Shown here piece by piece: positions 37,253 through 47,845 of a DNA stretch of 64,000 bases. Below the pieces are notes generated by a model. It saw nothing but the letters and a program-made list of their open reading frames with translations. It was not told the origin of the DNA and searched no databases. Source of the DNA: Nitrospinaceae bacterium (lineage in GTDB: Bacteria; Nitrospinota; Nitrospinia; Nitrospinales; Nitrospinaceae); contig OZ250172.1 in assembly GCA_965237905.1 (NCBI GenBank), positions 1,472,001 through 1,536,000 of the forward strand, given 5' to 3'. A program made the position numbers and the translations under genes. How positions within the stretch are numbered: the stretch's first letter is position 1; the number at the start of each line of letters is the position of its first letter.

Positions 37253-39607
37253 TTATTTATAAAGTGTTGTGTCGGACTCAAGAGGTTTGTCAGGACCCGA
37301 ATCAGAAGGCAGAGAAGGTTTGAACTGGAGTCTTTTTATCGGCTTGCAGAGCGGCAGAACGATCAGGATGAGCAGGAAAATGGAGCTGACGATCAGCCCT
37401 TCCTTGAACCCTTCCGGAAAGTAATCGAATTCCAGAGTATGCTCGCCCGGTCCCAGTTGAACGGCCCGGTAAAAATGATTGGCCCTCAGGATTTTCCGCT
37501 CTTTGCCATCAACGGTCACTGTCCAGCCAGGAAAGTAGATATCATTCAATACCAGAAACCCGTTCCCATCCTGATGCGTTTTGATGGTGACGTGGTTGGG
37601 CCGGTAAGCCACCTCTTCGACCTGCCCCTGGAAGTGATCGGAAGGCTGGAATTGCACCGGTTGGCTCAGCAGGACTTCCTTGAGAGGATCGAACGATGCG
37701 GCGTAGTAAGTATTAAGAACGGCTCCCTCTGCCAGGACTCTCATTTTGGGAGCGAGGTAGGCCCGGGGTAAAGCGTCCTTAAAAACGCGTATTCGATCGG
37801 AGAGAAGTACCGGTTCTCCGTCCGGGTTAAAATGGGTCTCCTGATCCAGGTTGATCCAATAGCCAACATTACTACGCTTTAAGATACGCAATCTCATTTC
37901 AGGATTGGATTTTCTCAATATCGACATCCAAATCAACTGGTATTTTAATCCCAATCCCAGGCCCGGTCTTCCCACAACATTTTCTACTCCATAAACCATT
38001 CCGGTATAAGGCGTTAAATATTGTTTCATCGCCTTAACGCTATGCAGGGCAGAAGGAGCGTTTGGAAATTCTATGGTGCCGGGATCCTTTTGAATGCTTC
38101 CCGAAAAAATCCGGTATTTGCCGAAGGTGCTCTGCAGATATTTCATATATACCGGTTTTTCGTCATAAAAACTTCTGTCTATCAGCGGAAGCAATTTAAA
38201 ATCTTTGATACTCAAATCAACAAAAATAAAAAGAAAAACTACCGCCGTAAAAACGGATTTTTTGAGCTTGCCAAAATAAAACAGTATGTAAACGAAACCA
38301 AAAACAAACAGAATGGCCATAGAGTTTTCAATTCCAAGAGTCGGTTGCCATATTCCGAGAACTGCAACCATTCCAAAAGTAATGATTGAAACCGACAAAA
38401 CCGGACCAATTTTGAGGCGGCGGTTTTGTGTATGCTTCAAAATATAATCTAAAACGTAACCTGTGAGAAATACTGCGGCAAACGAGGACACATAAAAATA
38501 TTTGGATGGAAACCGAAACAGTTTTAACAAAGGCACCGAATGATAGATATATTCATAGAAGGGGTTGTATTTTCCCAACGCCAACCATAATCCAAATAAA
38601 AAAACCACCAACCAGAAACCGATGGGTTTTTCCTTTCGAATGAAGAACCCGATAAAGATAAAAACCAGCGCCAGGAGCCCCATATGAACGGTATGCAGAA
38701 ACCCGTATAAAAAATCACCCGTGCTCGAATCCCCTATATAACCGGGGGATAACACAAGCGTGGCCAGCTTGGACAGTTCCAGGGACCATGTGGCATGGGC
38801 TTCATAACTCATCCCCGCCTCTCGGGGTGAATAGGGGAGAAGCTCGGCGGCAGGCCACAGTTGAAGCGCCGATAGCCCCAGGGCCAGAAACACTGCTAGT
38901 CCCAGTGAAAGAGTCAACCGGAGGTAAGCCGCAATCCCCTGCTCTTTGGGAGTGAACCAGAGTTCATGCAGAAACAAAAGTCCCACGGTCATGATACTAA
39001 TTTCCGGACATGCCGCCAGCGTCTGGGTGGCAATGGCCAGCACTGTTCCAATAAAATAGCCGATATGTTTTTCCTGCCGGTATTTCAGGAACAACCAGAA
39101 AATCAGGGGAAGCCAAACGGCAGCCATGAAGTAATTACTGAGAAGCACCGATCCGAAAATAAATCCACTCAACATCCCGGTAACGCTGGCACACAACCGG
39201 GCGGCAAGGGAAAGTCCCCAGATTTTCCCCAACAGAAATACAGAAATTCCCAATACCAGAAAATGGAGAAAATAAAACAGGTTGATCGCCAAAACAGAAT
39301 CCTGCAAAAAGAACAGAACGCTGGGAGGATAAAATACTCCCGGATGAAACAGGGACATGAACGGCATCCCGCCATAAACATGAGGAGACCAGTAAGGCAT
39401 CACTCCCTGCTGGTAGGCTTGACCGATGAAATACCTGAAAGGATAGGTGATGAAATGGTAATCCCGGTGGAAAATAGCTTTGCCCGTGAAGAACATCGGG
39501 GAAAAAACATTCAGGGCCACGAGGAACAACAACAGCATCCCGGAAATCTCCTGTAATAATCCAGGATTTAATTTAAAGTTTTTATACTCCAGTTTGTTGA
39601 TTGACAT
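37253..39607 (-). CDS. YfhO-family GT-C membrane protein, paralog 5
   Basis: RD...TYP, PYW.P...GGMPF, FYPP, FRFPSK, PRAY, YFPGW.V.VDG, G.H.LEF.Y.P. Confidence 0.85.
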   Translation of the reverse strand: MSINKLEYKNFKLNPGLLQEISGMLLLFLVALNVFSPMFFTGKAIFHRDYHFITYPFRYFIGQAYQQGVMPYWSPHVYGGMPFMSLFHPGVFYPPSVLFFLQDSVLAINLFYFLHFLVLGISVFLLGKIWGLSLAARLCASVTGMLSGFIFGSVLLSNYFMAAVWLPLIFWLFLKYRQEKHIGYFIGTVLAIATQTLAACPEISIMTVGLLFLHELWFTPKEQGIAAYLRLTLSLGLAVFLALGLSALQLWPAAELLPYSPREAGMSYEAHATWSLELSKLATLVLSPGYIGDSSTGDFLYGFLHTVHMGLLALVFIFIGFFIRKEKPIGFWLVVFLFGLWLALGKYNPFYEYIYHSVPLLKLFRFPSKYFYVSSFAAVFLTGYVLDYILKHTQNRRLKIGPVLSVSIITFGMVAVLGIWQPTLGIENSMAILFVFGFVYILFYFGKLKKSVFTAVVFLFIFVDLSIKDFKLLPLIDRSFYDEKPVYMKYLQSTFGKYRIFSGSIQKDPGTIEFPNAPSALHSVKAMKQYLTPYTGMVYGVENVVGRPGLGLGLKYQLIWMSILRKSNPEMRLRILKRSNVGYWINLDQETHFNPDGEPVLLSDRIRVFKDALPRAYLAPKMRVLAEGAVLNTYYAASFDPLKEVLLSQPVQFQPSDHFQGQVEEVAYRPNHVTIKTHQDGNGFLVLNDIYFPGWTVTVDGKERKILRANHFYRAVQLGPGEHTLEFDYFPEGFKEGLIVSSIFLLILIVLPLCKPIKRLQFKPSLPSDSGPDKPLESDTTLYK

Positions 39608-39638
39608 GAATGAAATAGAGATTGTTAAAAAACGGTTG

Positions 39639-41948
39639 TTATATCGAACTTTTCAAACGTCTTCTCCAAAACACATACCCCACCAGACCCAACACGGGTG
39701 TCACACCGGTGACGATCAAGCCTTCCTTGAACCCTTCCGGGAAGTAATCGAATTCCAGAGTATGCTCGCCCGGCGCCAGCTGAACAGCGCGGTATAAACC
39801 ATAAGCCCTCAAAATCGTTTGTTCCCGGCCATCCACTTTAACCGTCCAGCCAGGAAGATAGGTATCCAGTAACACCAGAAATCCGTTGCCCTCCTGCGCG
39901 GTTTTCACCGTCACATGGTTGGGGCTGTAGCTCACCTCTTCGACTTCCCCTTTAAAATGAGTGGACTCCTGAAATTCTACGGGTCCTCTCAGCAGGACTT
40001 TCTGTAGAGGATCGAACGATTCATCGTAGTAATCAAAAAGAACCCGACCTTTTTCCGGCACCCGCATCTTAGGCACTAAAAACGCCCGGGGCAAAGCATC
40101 TTTAAAAACTTTCACCCGGTTCGGCAGTATAATTGGAAATCCTCCCTTAGCATGATACGTCAGAGAATCTCCATCGATCCAATATTTAACATTACTTCTT
40201 TTTAGTATCACCCTTCTGCGGTCCGGTTCGGATTGAATGAGGAATTGATACCAAATCATATGATTTTGAATATCCATAGCAAGTCCCGGCACTCCGCCCA
40301 CATGCTCAACTCCGAAAATCATTCCCAGAAAAGGATACGCCTGCTGTTTCGCGGCACGCATACCGGCCAAGCGGGAGGGTCCATTGGGGTAGACCATGGG
40401 GTTCGGTTCTTTTTCGATACGGCCGGAATAGGTTCGGTATTTCCCGGCGGAGCCAGCTAATATATCCATCAACATCGGTGGCTTCTCATAAAAATTCCGG
40501 CCGATCAACGGAAGCAGATGGAAATCCTTAACGGACAAATCCATTAAAATCATGGCGAACAAAATCGCCGCGAATCCGTTTCTCTTTATCCTGTTAAAAT
40601 AAAACAGGACATAGGTCACGCTGAAAACCATTACAAAGACCAGAGGGAGTTGGGGTTGCAGATTGGGCTCCAACAGTGCCAATACGGAAGCCGTGCCGAA
40701 AATCAGAATTAAAAGGGTTAAAACCGTGAAGATTTTAATCTGGCGGGTTTGGGTGGCGTTGATCAAGGCATCCAGGCAAAATCCAACAAGAAAAATTGCG
40801 GCAATAGAGGAAACGAATAAATATTTTTCCGGGTATCTGAAAAAATTCAAAAACGGCGTCCAGTTATAAATAAACTCATAAAACGGATTGTATCTCCCCA
40901 GGGCAAAAAATATTCCGAAAAAAAAGACTGCCAACCAGAAACCTACGGCCTTGTTCTTTCGAAACAGGAATGCCAGGACGACGAAAACAAAACCAAAGAT
41001 ACCCATATACAACGTGTGCAAAAAACCTGAGAATATGTTCGAGGCGTCCTTTAGCGGAACTTCCAGGTATCCCTTATATCCGGGAGATAATATAAACGTA
41101 GTCAACTTGGAAGGCTCCAAAGACCAGCGCGAGTGGAAGTCAAAGTCCAATCCGTTTCCTCTAAACGTATGTTCCAGAAGTTGAGCGGTGGGCACCAACT
41201 GAAAAGCCGTCAACCCCAAAGCAAGTAGAACAGCCAGGCCGAGCGTTCCGGTAATACGCACCATTTCCGCCTTATTCCGCGTCTTAGATGTAAACACTAT
41301 GGCGTGAAGATAAAGCAGAATCATGGTCATCACGCTGATTTCCGGGCAGGCCGCAAGTGGTTGAGTGGCGATCGCCAACACCAATCCAATAAACCAGCCA
41401 ATATGATTCCGCTCTTTGAACTGGTAATACAACCAGAAGATCAAGGGCAACCAGACCGATGACAAGAAATAATTACTGCAAAGGGTAGAGGCGACTATCA
41501 ATCCACCCAACATGCCTGTGACACCACAACACAAGGCCGCAAACCAGGAAAGATTCCATGTGCGGCTCAATAAAAAAACGAACACGCCCATGATCAGAAA
41601 ATGCAATACATAATACAGGTTCAATGCCAGGGTAAAGTCATTCAGAAAAAAAAGAATGCTGGGAGGATAAAACACGCCGGGATGCAGGGTCGCCATGAAA
41701 GGCATTCCCCCAAACGTGTGGGTTGTCCAATAAGGGATTACCCCCTGATGATAGGCTTGGGCAAGGAAGTAGCGTACGGGATAGGTGACAAATTGAAAAT
41801 CACGGTAGAAGATAACTTTCCCGTCAAATAACAACGGATAAAAAAAGGCTATTGCGATCGCAAATAAAATGAAAACGCCTATGGCATTTTTTGTGGGTTC
41901 GGAAATTTCCGGATGAGTCTGACCATCAAGAGGCGGTATCTTTTGCAT
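39639..41948 (-). CDS. YfhO-family protein, paralog 4
   Basis: Same motif set (FRYPEK, PRAF, YLPGWTVKVDG). Confidence 0.85.
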   Translation of the reverse strand: MQKIPPLDGQTHPEISEPTKNAIGVFILFAIAIAFFYPLLFDGKVIFYRDFQFVTYPVRYFLAQAYHQGVIPYWTTHTFGGMPFMATLHPGVFYPPSILFFLNDFTLALNLYYVLHFLIMGVFVFLLSRTWNLSWFAALCCGVTGMLGGLIVASTLCSNYFLSSVWLPLIFWLYYQFKERNHIGWFIGLVLAIATQPLAACPEISVMTMILLYLHAIVFTSKTRNKAEMVRITGTLGLAVLLALGLTAFQLVPTAQLLEHTFRGNGLDFDFHSRWSLEPSKLTTFILSPGYKGYLEVPLKDASNIFSGFLHTLYMGIFGFVFVVLAFLFRKNKAVGFWLAVFFFGIFFALGRYNPFYEFIYNWTPFLNFFRYPEKYLFVSSIAAIFLVGFCLDALINATQTRQIKIFTVLTLLILIFGTASVLALLEPNLQPQLPLVFVMVFSVTYVLFYFNRIKRNGFAAILFAMILMDLSVKDFHLLPLIGRNFYEKPPMLMDILAGSAGKYRTYSGRIEKEPNPMVYPNGPSRLAGMRAAKQQAYPFLGMIFGVEHVGGVPGLAMDIQNHMIWYQFLIQSEPDRRRVILKRSNVKYWIDGDSLTYHAKGGFPIILPNRVKVFKDALPRAFLVPKMRVPEKGRVLFDYYDESFDPLQKVLLRGPVEFQESTHFKGEVEEVSYSPNHVTVKTAQEGNGFLVLLDTYLPGWTVKVDGREQTILRAYGLYRAVQLAPGEHTLEFDYFPEGFKEGLIVTGVTPVLGLVGYVFWRRRLKSSI

Positions 41949-44352
41949 TCCAAATGAACCTTTCCATATATTTTTTTAAGAACAAACTCCCGAAGGTAAC
42001 CAACAAAAAACTGAAACCGCTGATCACCAAACCCATCTTCATTCCTTCCGGCAGGTAATCGAATTCCAGTGTATGCTCACCGGGACCCAGTTGCACCGCG
42101 CGATAATAAAAATTGGCTGTTAATATCGGGCGTTCCTGGCCGTCCACCTTGACGGTCCACCCGGGAAAATACGAATCCATCAACACCAGAAATCCGTTTC
42201 CCTCCTGACGGGTCTTTACGGTGGCATGGTTGGGGCGGTAGGCCACCTGCTTCACCTCTCCTTGAAAATGATTCGATTCCTTGAAGTCCACTTTTTCGTT
42301 CAACAGAACTTCCTTGTGCGGATCGAAAGATTCATCGTCGTAGTAGACATTGAGCACGTGATTACCCTCTTCCGGCAGTCTCATTTTGGGAACGAGATAG
42401 GCCCGGGGAAGAGCCCCATTCAACACTTTGACACGGTCCGGAAAAATGACGGGATAGCCCCCCGAATAAGGCGTCAGCGTATCGCCATCAATCCAATATT
42501 TCACATTGCTCCGGGTTAAAATGCGCCTTCTTCTTTCGGGCTGACTTTTGGCAAACACCCGCATCCAGAGAAAATGATTGTTTGGCGTGAGGGCCAACCC
42601 GGTATACCCGTTGACATGCTCCAACCCGTACACCATTCCCGAATACGGCACCAAATGCTCCTTGCTGGCGATAATCTGCGCCAATCGGGTCGGACCCGCA
42701 GGATACATTAAAGGTCGGGGTTGCTGGTCGAGGTTTCCAGAATAAATTCGGTATTCCCCAAAAGATGGGCCCAGAATATCCAAAAGTATCGGTTTCTCTT
42801 CATAATACTTGCGGTCGATCAACGGCAGAAGCTTGATCCCTTTGACCGATAAATCCAAAAGGATCACCACCAGAACCAACACGACAAATGCGCCTTCCTT
42901 CATTCTGCCAAAATAAAACATGACATAGGCAAAACCGAAGGCCGCCAGCAGGCTCATGGAATATCCGGGACTGAGGTGCGGTTTCTCTAACGCCCCCAGC
43001 CCGATAACGCCGAATAAAACGATCACTATTGTGAGCACTGGATAAATTTTGATTCGACGTTCCCGCGTAGAGCGGATCATATAATCCAATCCATAGCCAG
43101 TCAGGAAAACGGCGGCGAAGGCTGATAGATATGTGTATTTTTCCGGGTAGCGGAATAGGCTCAAAAAGGGAACCGCTGGATAAAAAAACTGATAAACAGG
43201 ATTATCTTTTCCAAACGCAAGGAAAAGACCCAGGAAGAACACCGCGAGCCAAAAACCCACCGCCTTTTCCCGGCGAAATAGAAAACCGAATAAGACAAAA
43301 AACAAGCTGATCAATCCCATATAGATCGTATGCAACAGTCCGGAGTTTTGGGACGGTGAGCTTTTTGAAATTGGATTCGAAGGGCCGGCGGAATCGGCTT
43401 CGGATACAGAGGCAATCTCGCCGTCGAGCTTATTGCCATTCACATCAAATCCGGTCATGGAAGATAAAGGTTTGTCAAAGTAACCCTCATAATCGGGGGA
43501 AATCACCAGAGAAGATAATTTGTCCAGATCTATGGACCATTGGGTATGTTGTTCAAAACTCAACCCTCCGCTTCGAAAAGTATGCTTGACCATCTTTGCC
43601 GTGGGGACAAGCTGTAATGCCGATAGTCCCAGAGCCAGGATCACCGCCAATCCAAGAGAGGCCGTCATGCGGGCAATGCCGGGAAATCCCGGCGCCCTGG
43701 GCAGGAAATAAAGAGAATGCGCATACAACAGCAACATGGTCATGATGCTGATCTCCGGGCAGGCCGCCAATGTCTGGGTGGCTATTACCGCGATCAACCC
43801 GATAAAATAGCCGACGTGTTTTCGAACCCAAAATTGGTGAAACATCCAGAAGACCATCGGCAACCAGACCGCGGAAATGAAAAAGTTGCTGACCAAAGTG
43901 GAAGCCATAATGAATCCGCTCAACATACCCGTAATCCCGCAACACAACGCCGCCGCAAAAGAAAGGTTCCAAATCCGAGCCAACAGGTATGTAAAAATTC
44001 CCAGAATTATGAAATGCAGAACATAGAATAAATTCAGAGCATAGGTGGTGTCATCCAGAAAAAATAAAAGACTGGGAGGATAAAACACACCTGGGTGAAA
44101 GCTGGCCATAAAGGGCATTCCTCCATTGGCATGGGGAACCCAATAAGGAATCTCTCCTTGATTAAAAGTATGGCCAAGAAAATACCGGAGGGGATAAGTG
44201 ATCAGGTTGTAGTCGCGGTAAAAAATGACTTTCCCGTCAAACAACATGGGATAAAAAAAACACGCCGCAATCAACAACAGAATGACAACACCGAGGATTT
44301 CCACTCGAGCTTTGGAGTTGTCATAAATAGTTGGATTCTCGGAAGGCTGCAT
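41926..44352 (-). CDS. YfhO-family protein, paralog 3, with an expanded Ser/Pro-rich loop
   Basis: Same motif set; insertion before GLLHTIYMG. Confidence 0.85.
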   Translation of the reverse strand: MQPSENPTIYDNSKARVEILGVVILLLIAACFFYPMLFDGKVIFYRDYNLITYPLRYFLGHTFNQGEIPYWVPHANGGMPFMASFHPGVFYPPSLLFFLDDTTYALNLFYVLHFIILGIFTYLLARIWNLSFAAALCCGITGMLSGFIMASTLVSNFFISAVWLPMVFWMFHQFWVRKHVGYFIGLIAVIATQTLAACPEISIMTMLLLYAHSLYFLPRAPGFPGIARMTASLGLAVILALGLSALQLVPTAKMVKHTFRSGGLSFEQHTQWSIDLDKLSSLVISPDYEGYFDKPLSSMTGFDVNGNKLDGEIASVSEADSAGPSNPISKSSPSQNSGLLHTIYMGLISLFFVLFGFLFRREKAVGFWLAVFFLGLFLAFGKDNPVYQFFYPAVPFLSLFRYPEKYTYLSAFAAVFLTGYGLDYMIRSTRERRIKIYPVLTIVIVLFGVIGLGALEKPHLSPGYSMSLLAAFGFAYVMFYFGRMKEGAFVVLVLVVILLDLSVKGIKLLPLIDRKYYEEKPILLDILGPSFGEYRIYSGNLDQQPRPLMYPAGPTRLAQIIASKEHLVPYSGMVYGLEHVNGYTGLALTPNNHFLWMRVFAKSQPERRRRILTRSNVKYWIDGDTLTPYSGGYPVIFPDRVKVLNGALPRAYLVPKMRLPEEGNHVLNVYYDDESFDPHKEVLLNEKVDFKESNHFQGEVKQVAYRPNHATVKTRQEGNGFLVLMDSYFPGWTVKVDGQERPILTANFYYRAVQLGPGEHTLEFDYLPEGMKMGLVISGFSFLLVTFGSLFLKKYMERFIWNAKDTAS

Positions 44353-44442
44353 ATTTTATAAATTCTGGAGGGTGCCGGTTCATCCGCAGACTTTTAATTC
44401 ATCCTCAATGGTTAACGCCCAGGCCACCGGAACCCCGGTCAT

Positions 44443-45393
44443 TTACCCTTTGAGATTGCGGTTGTATCCCATGTCAAATAGCATGGCGAACAATAGGAAC
44501 AGCAAACCCATCAAGGTGAGGAAGGCAGCGAACAATGCGGTTATGGGAGTCACTTGCCCGATAAAAATGCGGTAGAAGAAATAATATATTCCCATACCGG
44601 ATCCCAATGGGAAAGCAATAAATCCCATGACATAAAAAAATACCAGGGGATGAAAATCCCGGATGACGTACTTACCAAACATCCTGCTGAAAAATCCTTT
44701 AAAGAGCAAAAATGAAATATCGGGAATTACTTTATACAGACGTATTCCGGATTGCTCCCCCACCCCATAGACCGGGCGAATAGGCACGTCCACCACTCGC
44801 ATATTCTCAATATTGAGCTTTACCAGAATATCGTTGGGCACTCCATAGCGCTGAAAAATTTTATCAATATTGATACATTTGAGTGCCTTCAAAGAAATGG
44901 CGGTAAACCCGCATTGGGAATCCGCCACATGCCAATATCCGCCGGCGATTTTTGTCATGAGGGAAAGAATAGCATTGCCGATATATCGATTATGCGGAAT
45001 CAATTCCCACGCTTCGCCATGAAACAGGCGGTTGCCCTTCGAGTAATCGGCGATATCTGTCGCAACGGGATCGACAATGTGAGGCAAATCGTCGGGATGC
45101 ATCTGAGCGTCACCGTTCATGACCACAGTAATATCTATATTGTTTTCCAAGCATACTCGATAACCTGATTGAATGGCTCCGCCCACTCCACGGTTCTCCG
45201 CATGACGGATCAGATCCACTCTGCCGTCTACCTTCACATATTGCTCAACGATTTCGGCTGTTTTATCATCACTGCGATCGTCGATCACAAACACTTTGTC
45301 GACCCAATGCGGCAAGGTCTCGAGTACCTTGATGACCAACTTCTCTTCGTTATGCGCAGTTACCACGACGGCAACCGATTTATTTTTATACAT
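44443..45393 (-). CDS. GT2 polyprenol-phosphate sugar synthase-like protein (DPM1/GtrB type) with 2 C-terminal TM helices
   Basis: AHNEE, DDRSDDKT, NRGVGGA, MNGDAQ, KGNR, DSQCGF; start set at MYKNKS. Confidence 0.88.
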   Translation of the reverse strand: MYKNKSVAVVVTAHNEEKLVIKVLETLPHWVDKVFVIDDRSDDKTAEIVEQYVKVDGRVDLIRHAENRGVGGAIQSGYRVCLENNIDITVVMNGDAQMHPDDLPHIVDPVATDIADYSKGNRLFHGEAWELIPHNRYIGNAILSLMTKIAGGYWHVADSQCGFTAISLKALKCINIDKIFQRYGVPNDILVKLNIENMRVVDVPIRPVYGVGEQSGIRLYKVIPDISFLLFKGFFSRMFGKYVIRDFHPLVFFYVMGFIAFPLGSGMGIYYFFYRIFIGQVTPITALFAAFLTLMGLLFLLFAMLFDMGYNRNLKG

Positions 45394-45532
45394 GGCTTTT
45401 TGGATTTCTAAGAAGATATTAGATTGGCTGAAAAATATAAAACCCTTCCTTATTATAGTAACGAATCCATAGAACAAAAAAAGGGTTTTTTAATGACATT
45501 CATGGATCCGGCCCCCGCCCAGAGCCCTTCTC

Positions 45533-47845
45533 CTATTTACCCTGAACCGGGCTCGCCTGCCGCCATCTCCACAGAGGCAAAGCCATCAGGAAAACGCCTA
45601 CGAAGGAGCTGACTATCAGACCCGCCTTGAACCCTTCCGGAAAATAATCAAACTCCAGAGTATGAGACCCTGAATCCAGTTGAACTGCCCGGTAAAAATG
45701 ATTGGCCCTTAAAATAGGTTTTTCTTCACCGTCTACTTTGACGGTCCAGCCTGGGAAATAGGAGTCCATCAACACCAGAAACCCACTGCCCTGCTGGACG
45801 GTTTTAACCGTGACGTGGTTGGGGCGGTAGGCCACCTCTTCGACAGTTCCATTGAAATGAGAAGACGGCTCAAAATTGACCGGCTGGCTGAAAAGAACTT
45901 CCGACAGCGGATTGAAGGATTCATCATAATAGGTGTTGAGTATTTTGGACTCTTCTTCTAATTTGATCCGGCCCACCATGTAAGCCCGGGGAAGAACATC
46001 CTCCCATATCTTGACCCGGTCCGGCAGAATTACCGGGACGCCCCGGACACTGAAGCGAGTTAAAGAGTCCCAGTCAATCCAGTATTTCACGTTACTGCGT
46101 TTTAAAATCCGAAACCGCTTATCCGGAGGAGCATCGATCAATGCGTAAAACCATACCAGATGTTTTCTTAATTCGAGACCCAAACCCGGGTGTCCCCCCG
46201 CATGCTCCACCCCCAGAACCATTCCGGTAAAGGGCCGCAGATATTGTTTCGCTAAAAATAATTCGTCCATCCAGGTGGGTCCGGGAGGATTCATGTCAGG
46301 ATTCGGTGTCTTTGCAATCCAACCTGAATAGATCCTGTATTTTCCAAATGAATCTCCTACAGTATCCATGACCAGTGGTTTTTCTTCATAAAACGTTCGG
46401 TCAATCATAGGCAGAAGCCGCAAATCCTTTGCGCTCAAATCCAATAAAATCAGTAGACATACCACAGCGCCAAACACCGATTGACTTAATTTTCTGTAAT
46501 GAAACATCACCAGGGAACAACCAAAGATCAGCAGAACAACCAAAGGCAACTTTGGATCAAGATACGAGTGCCCCATTGCAAGGCTCAGGGTTACTCCAAA
46601 CAAAAAAATCAGAACGGTCAAAACCGGAATAATTTTTAACTGGCGTTTCTCGACATGCTGGATGAGAGCATCCAAAATATAACCTGAAAGAAAAACAGCC
46701 GCGAAAGAGGATATAAAAAAATACTTTTCAGGAAAGCGAAACAAATTCAGTAAAGGAACCCAGGGATACATCACTTCATAGATTGGATTGAATTTTCCAA
46801 ACGACAGGAATAGACCCAATAAAAAAACCACAAACCAAAATCCGATAGGTTTCTCACGGCGGAAAATAAACCCAAGCAGAATAAAAGCCAAACCCAATAC
46901 ACCCATATAAATCGTGTGAAGAAAGCCTGAAAACCACGACGGATAATCGCGGGTGTCCAACAGCCCCCCATAATCTGGAGACAACAGCAGGGTGGCCAAC
47001 TTGGCCGGCTCCAGAGACGATTGCGTATGGTTCTCAAAAGTCAGCCCGGTATCCCTTAAGGAATGCTCCATGAGTTTGGCTGTGGGAATCAATTGCAGGG
47101 CGGCAAAGCCCAGAGCCAGGATCACGGCTAATCCCAGGGAAGCTGTCATGCGCGCAACGCCGGGAATCCCCGGCGCCCTGGGCAGGAAGTAGAGCGAATG
47201 GGCATACAGCAGTATCATAGTCATAATACTGATTTCCGGGGATGCCGCCAGCGTCTGAGCGGCAATGGCCACCACCAATCCAATAAAGTAACCGATATGA
47301 TTACGCATCCAGAATTTGTGGAACAGCCAAAACACCATGGGCAACCAAACCGCGGCCATAAAAAAATTACTGAGCAGGGTGGAAGCAACTATAAACCCGC
47401 TCAACATCCCCGTAATCCCGCAACATAACGCCGACACAAAAGAAATGCCCCAGCTTCGGGCCAACAGAAATGAAAAAGAACCAAGAATCAAAAAATGAAC
47501 AACATAGAACAAGTTGAGCGCCAGCACAGTATCTTTTAATAAGAATAGAATTCCCGGAGGGTAAAACACGCCCGCATGAAACCCCGCCATAAACGGCATT
47601 CCGGCGTATACATTGGAATTCCAGTAGGGGATCGCCCCTTCTTGAAAAGTCTGAGCAAGAAAAAATTTAAACGGGAAGGTGACAAAAGTAAAATCGCGGT
47701 AGAACATCACCTTATCCCCAAACAGCATAGGAGAAAAGAAAGTTACCGCGATCGCAAACAATATAAAAATGCCAAGACCATTTTTTTCAGGTCCAAAAAT
47801 TCTCCGATTTACCTGAGCGTCGATTTCTCCCATATTGCTGATCAA
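45533..47845 (-). CDS. YfhO-family protein, paralog 2
   Basis: Same motif set (FRFPEK, DSYFPGWTVKVDG). Confidence 0.85.
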   Translation of the reverse strand: MISNMGEIDAQVNRRIFGPEKNGLGIFILFAIAVTFFSPMLFGDKVMFYRDFTFVTFPFKFFLAQTFQEGAIPYWNSNVYAGMPFMAGFHAGVFYPPGILFLLKDTVLALNLFYVVHFLILGSFSFLLARSWGISFVSALCCGITGMLSGFIVASTLLSNFFMAAVWLPMVFWLFHKFWMRNHIGYFIGLVVAIAAQTLAASPEISIMTMILLYAHSLYFLPRAPGIPGVARMTASLGLAVILALGFAALQLIPTAKLMEHSLRDTGLTFENHTQSSLEPAKLATLLLSPDYGGLLDTRDYPSWFSGFLHTIYMGVLGLAFILLGFIFRREKPIGFWFVVFLLGLFLSFGKFNPIYEVMYPWVPLLNLFRFPEKYFFISSFAAVFLSGYILDALIQHVEKRQLKIIPVLTVLIFLFGVTLSLAMGHSYLDPKLPLVVLLIFGCSLVMFHYRKLSQSVFGAVVCLLILLDLSAKDLRLLPMIDRTFYEEKPLVMDTVGDSFGKYRIYSGWIAKTPNPDMNPPGPTWMDELFLAKQYLRPFTGMVLGVEHAGGHPGLGLELRKHLVWFYALIDAPPDKRFRILKRSNVKYWIDWDSLTRFSVRGVPVILPDRVKIWEDVLPRAYMVGRIKLEEESKILNTYYDESFNPLSEVLFSQPVNFEPSSHFNGTVEEVAYRPNHVTVKTVQQGSGFLVLMDSYFPGWTVKVDGEEKPILRANHFYRAVQLDSGSHTLEFDYFPEGFKAGLIVSSFVGVFLMALPLWRWRQASPVQGK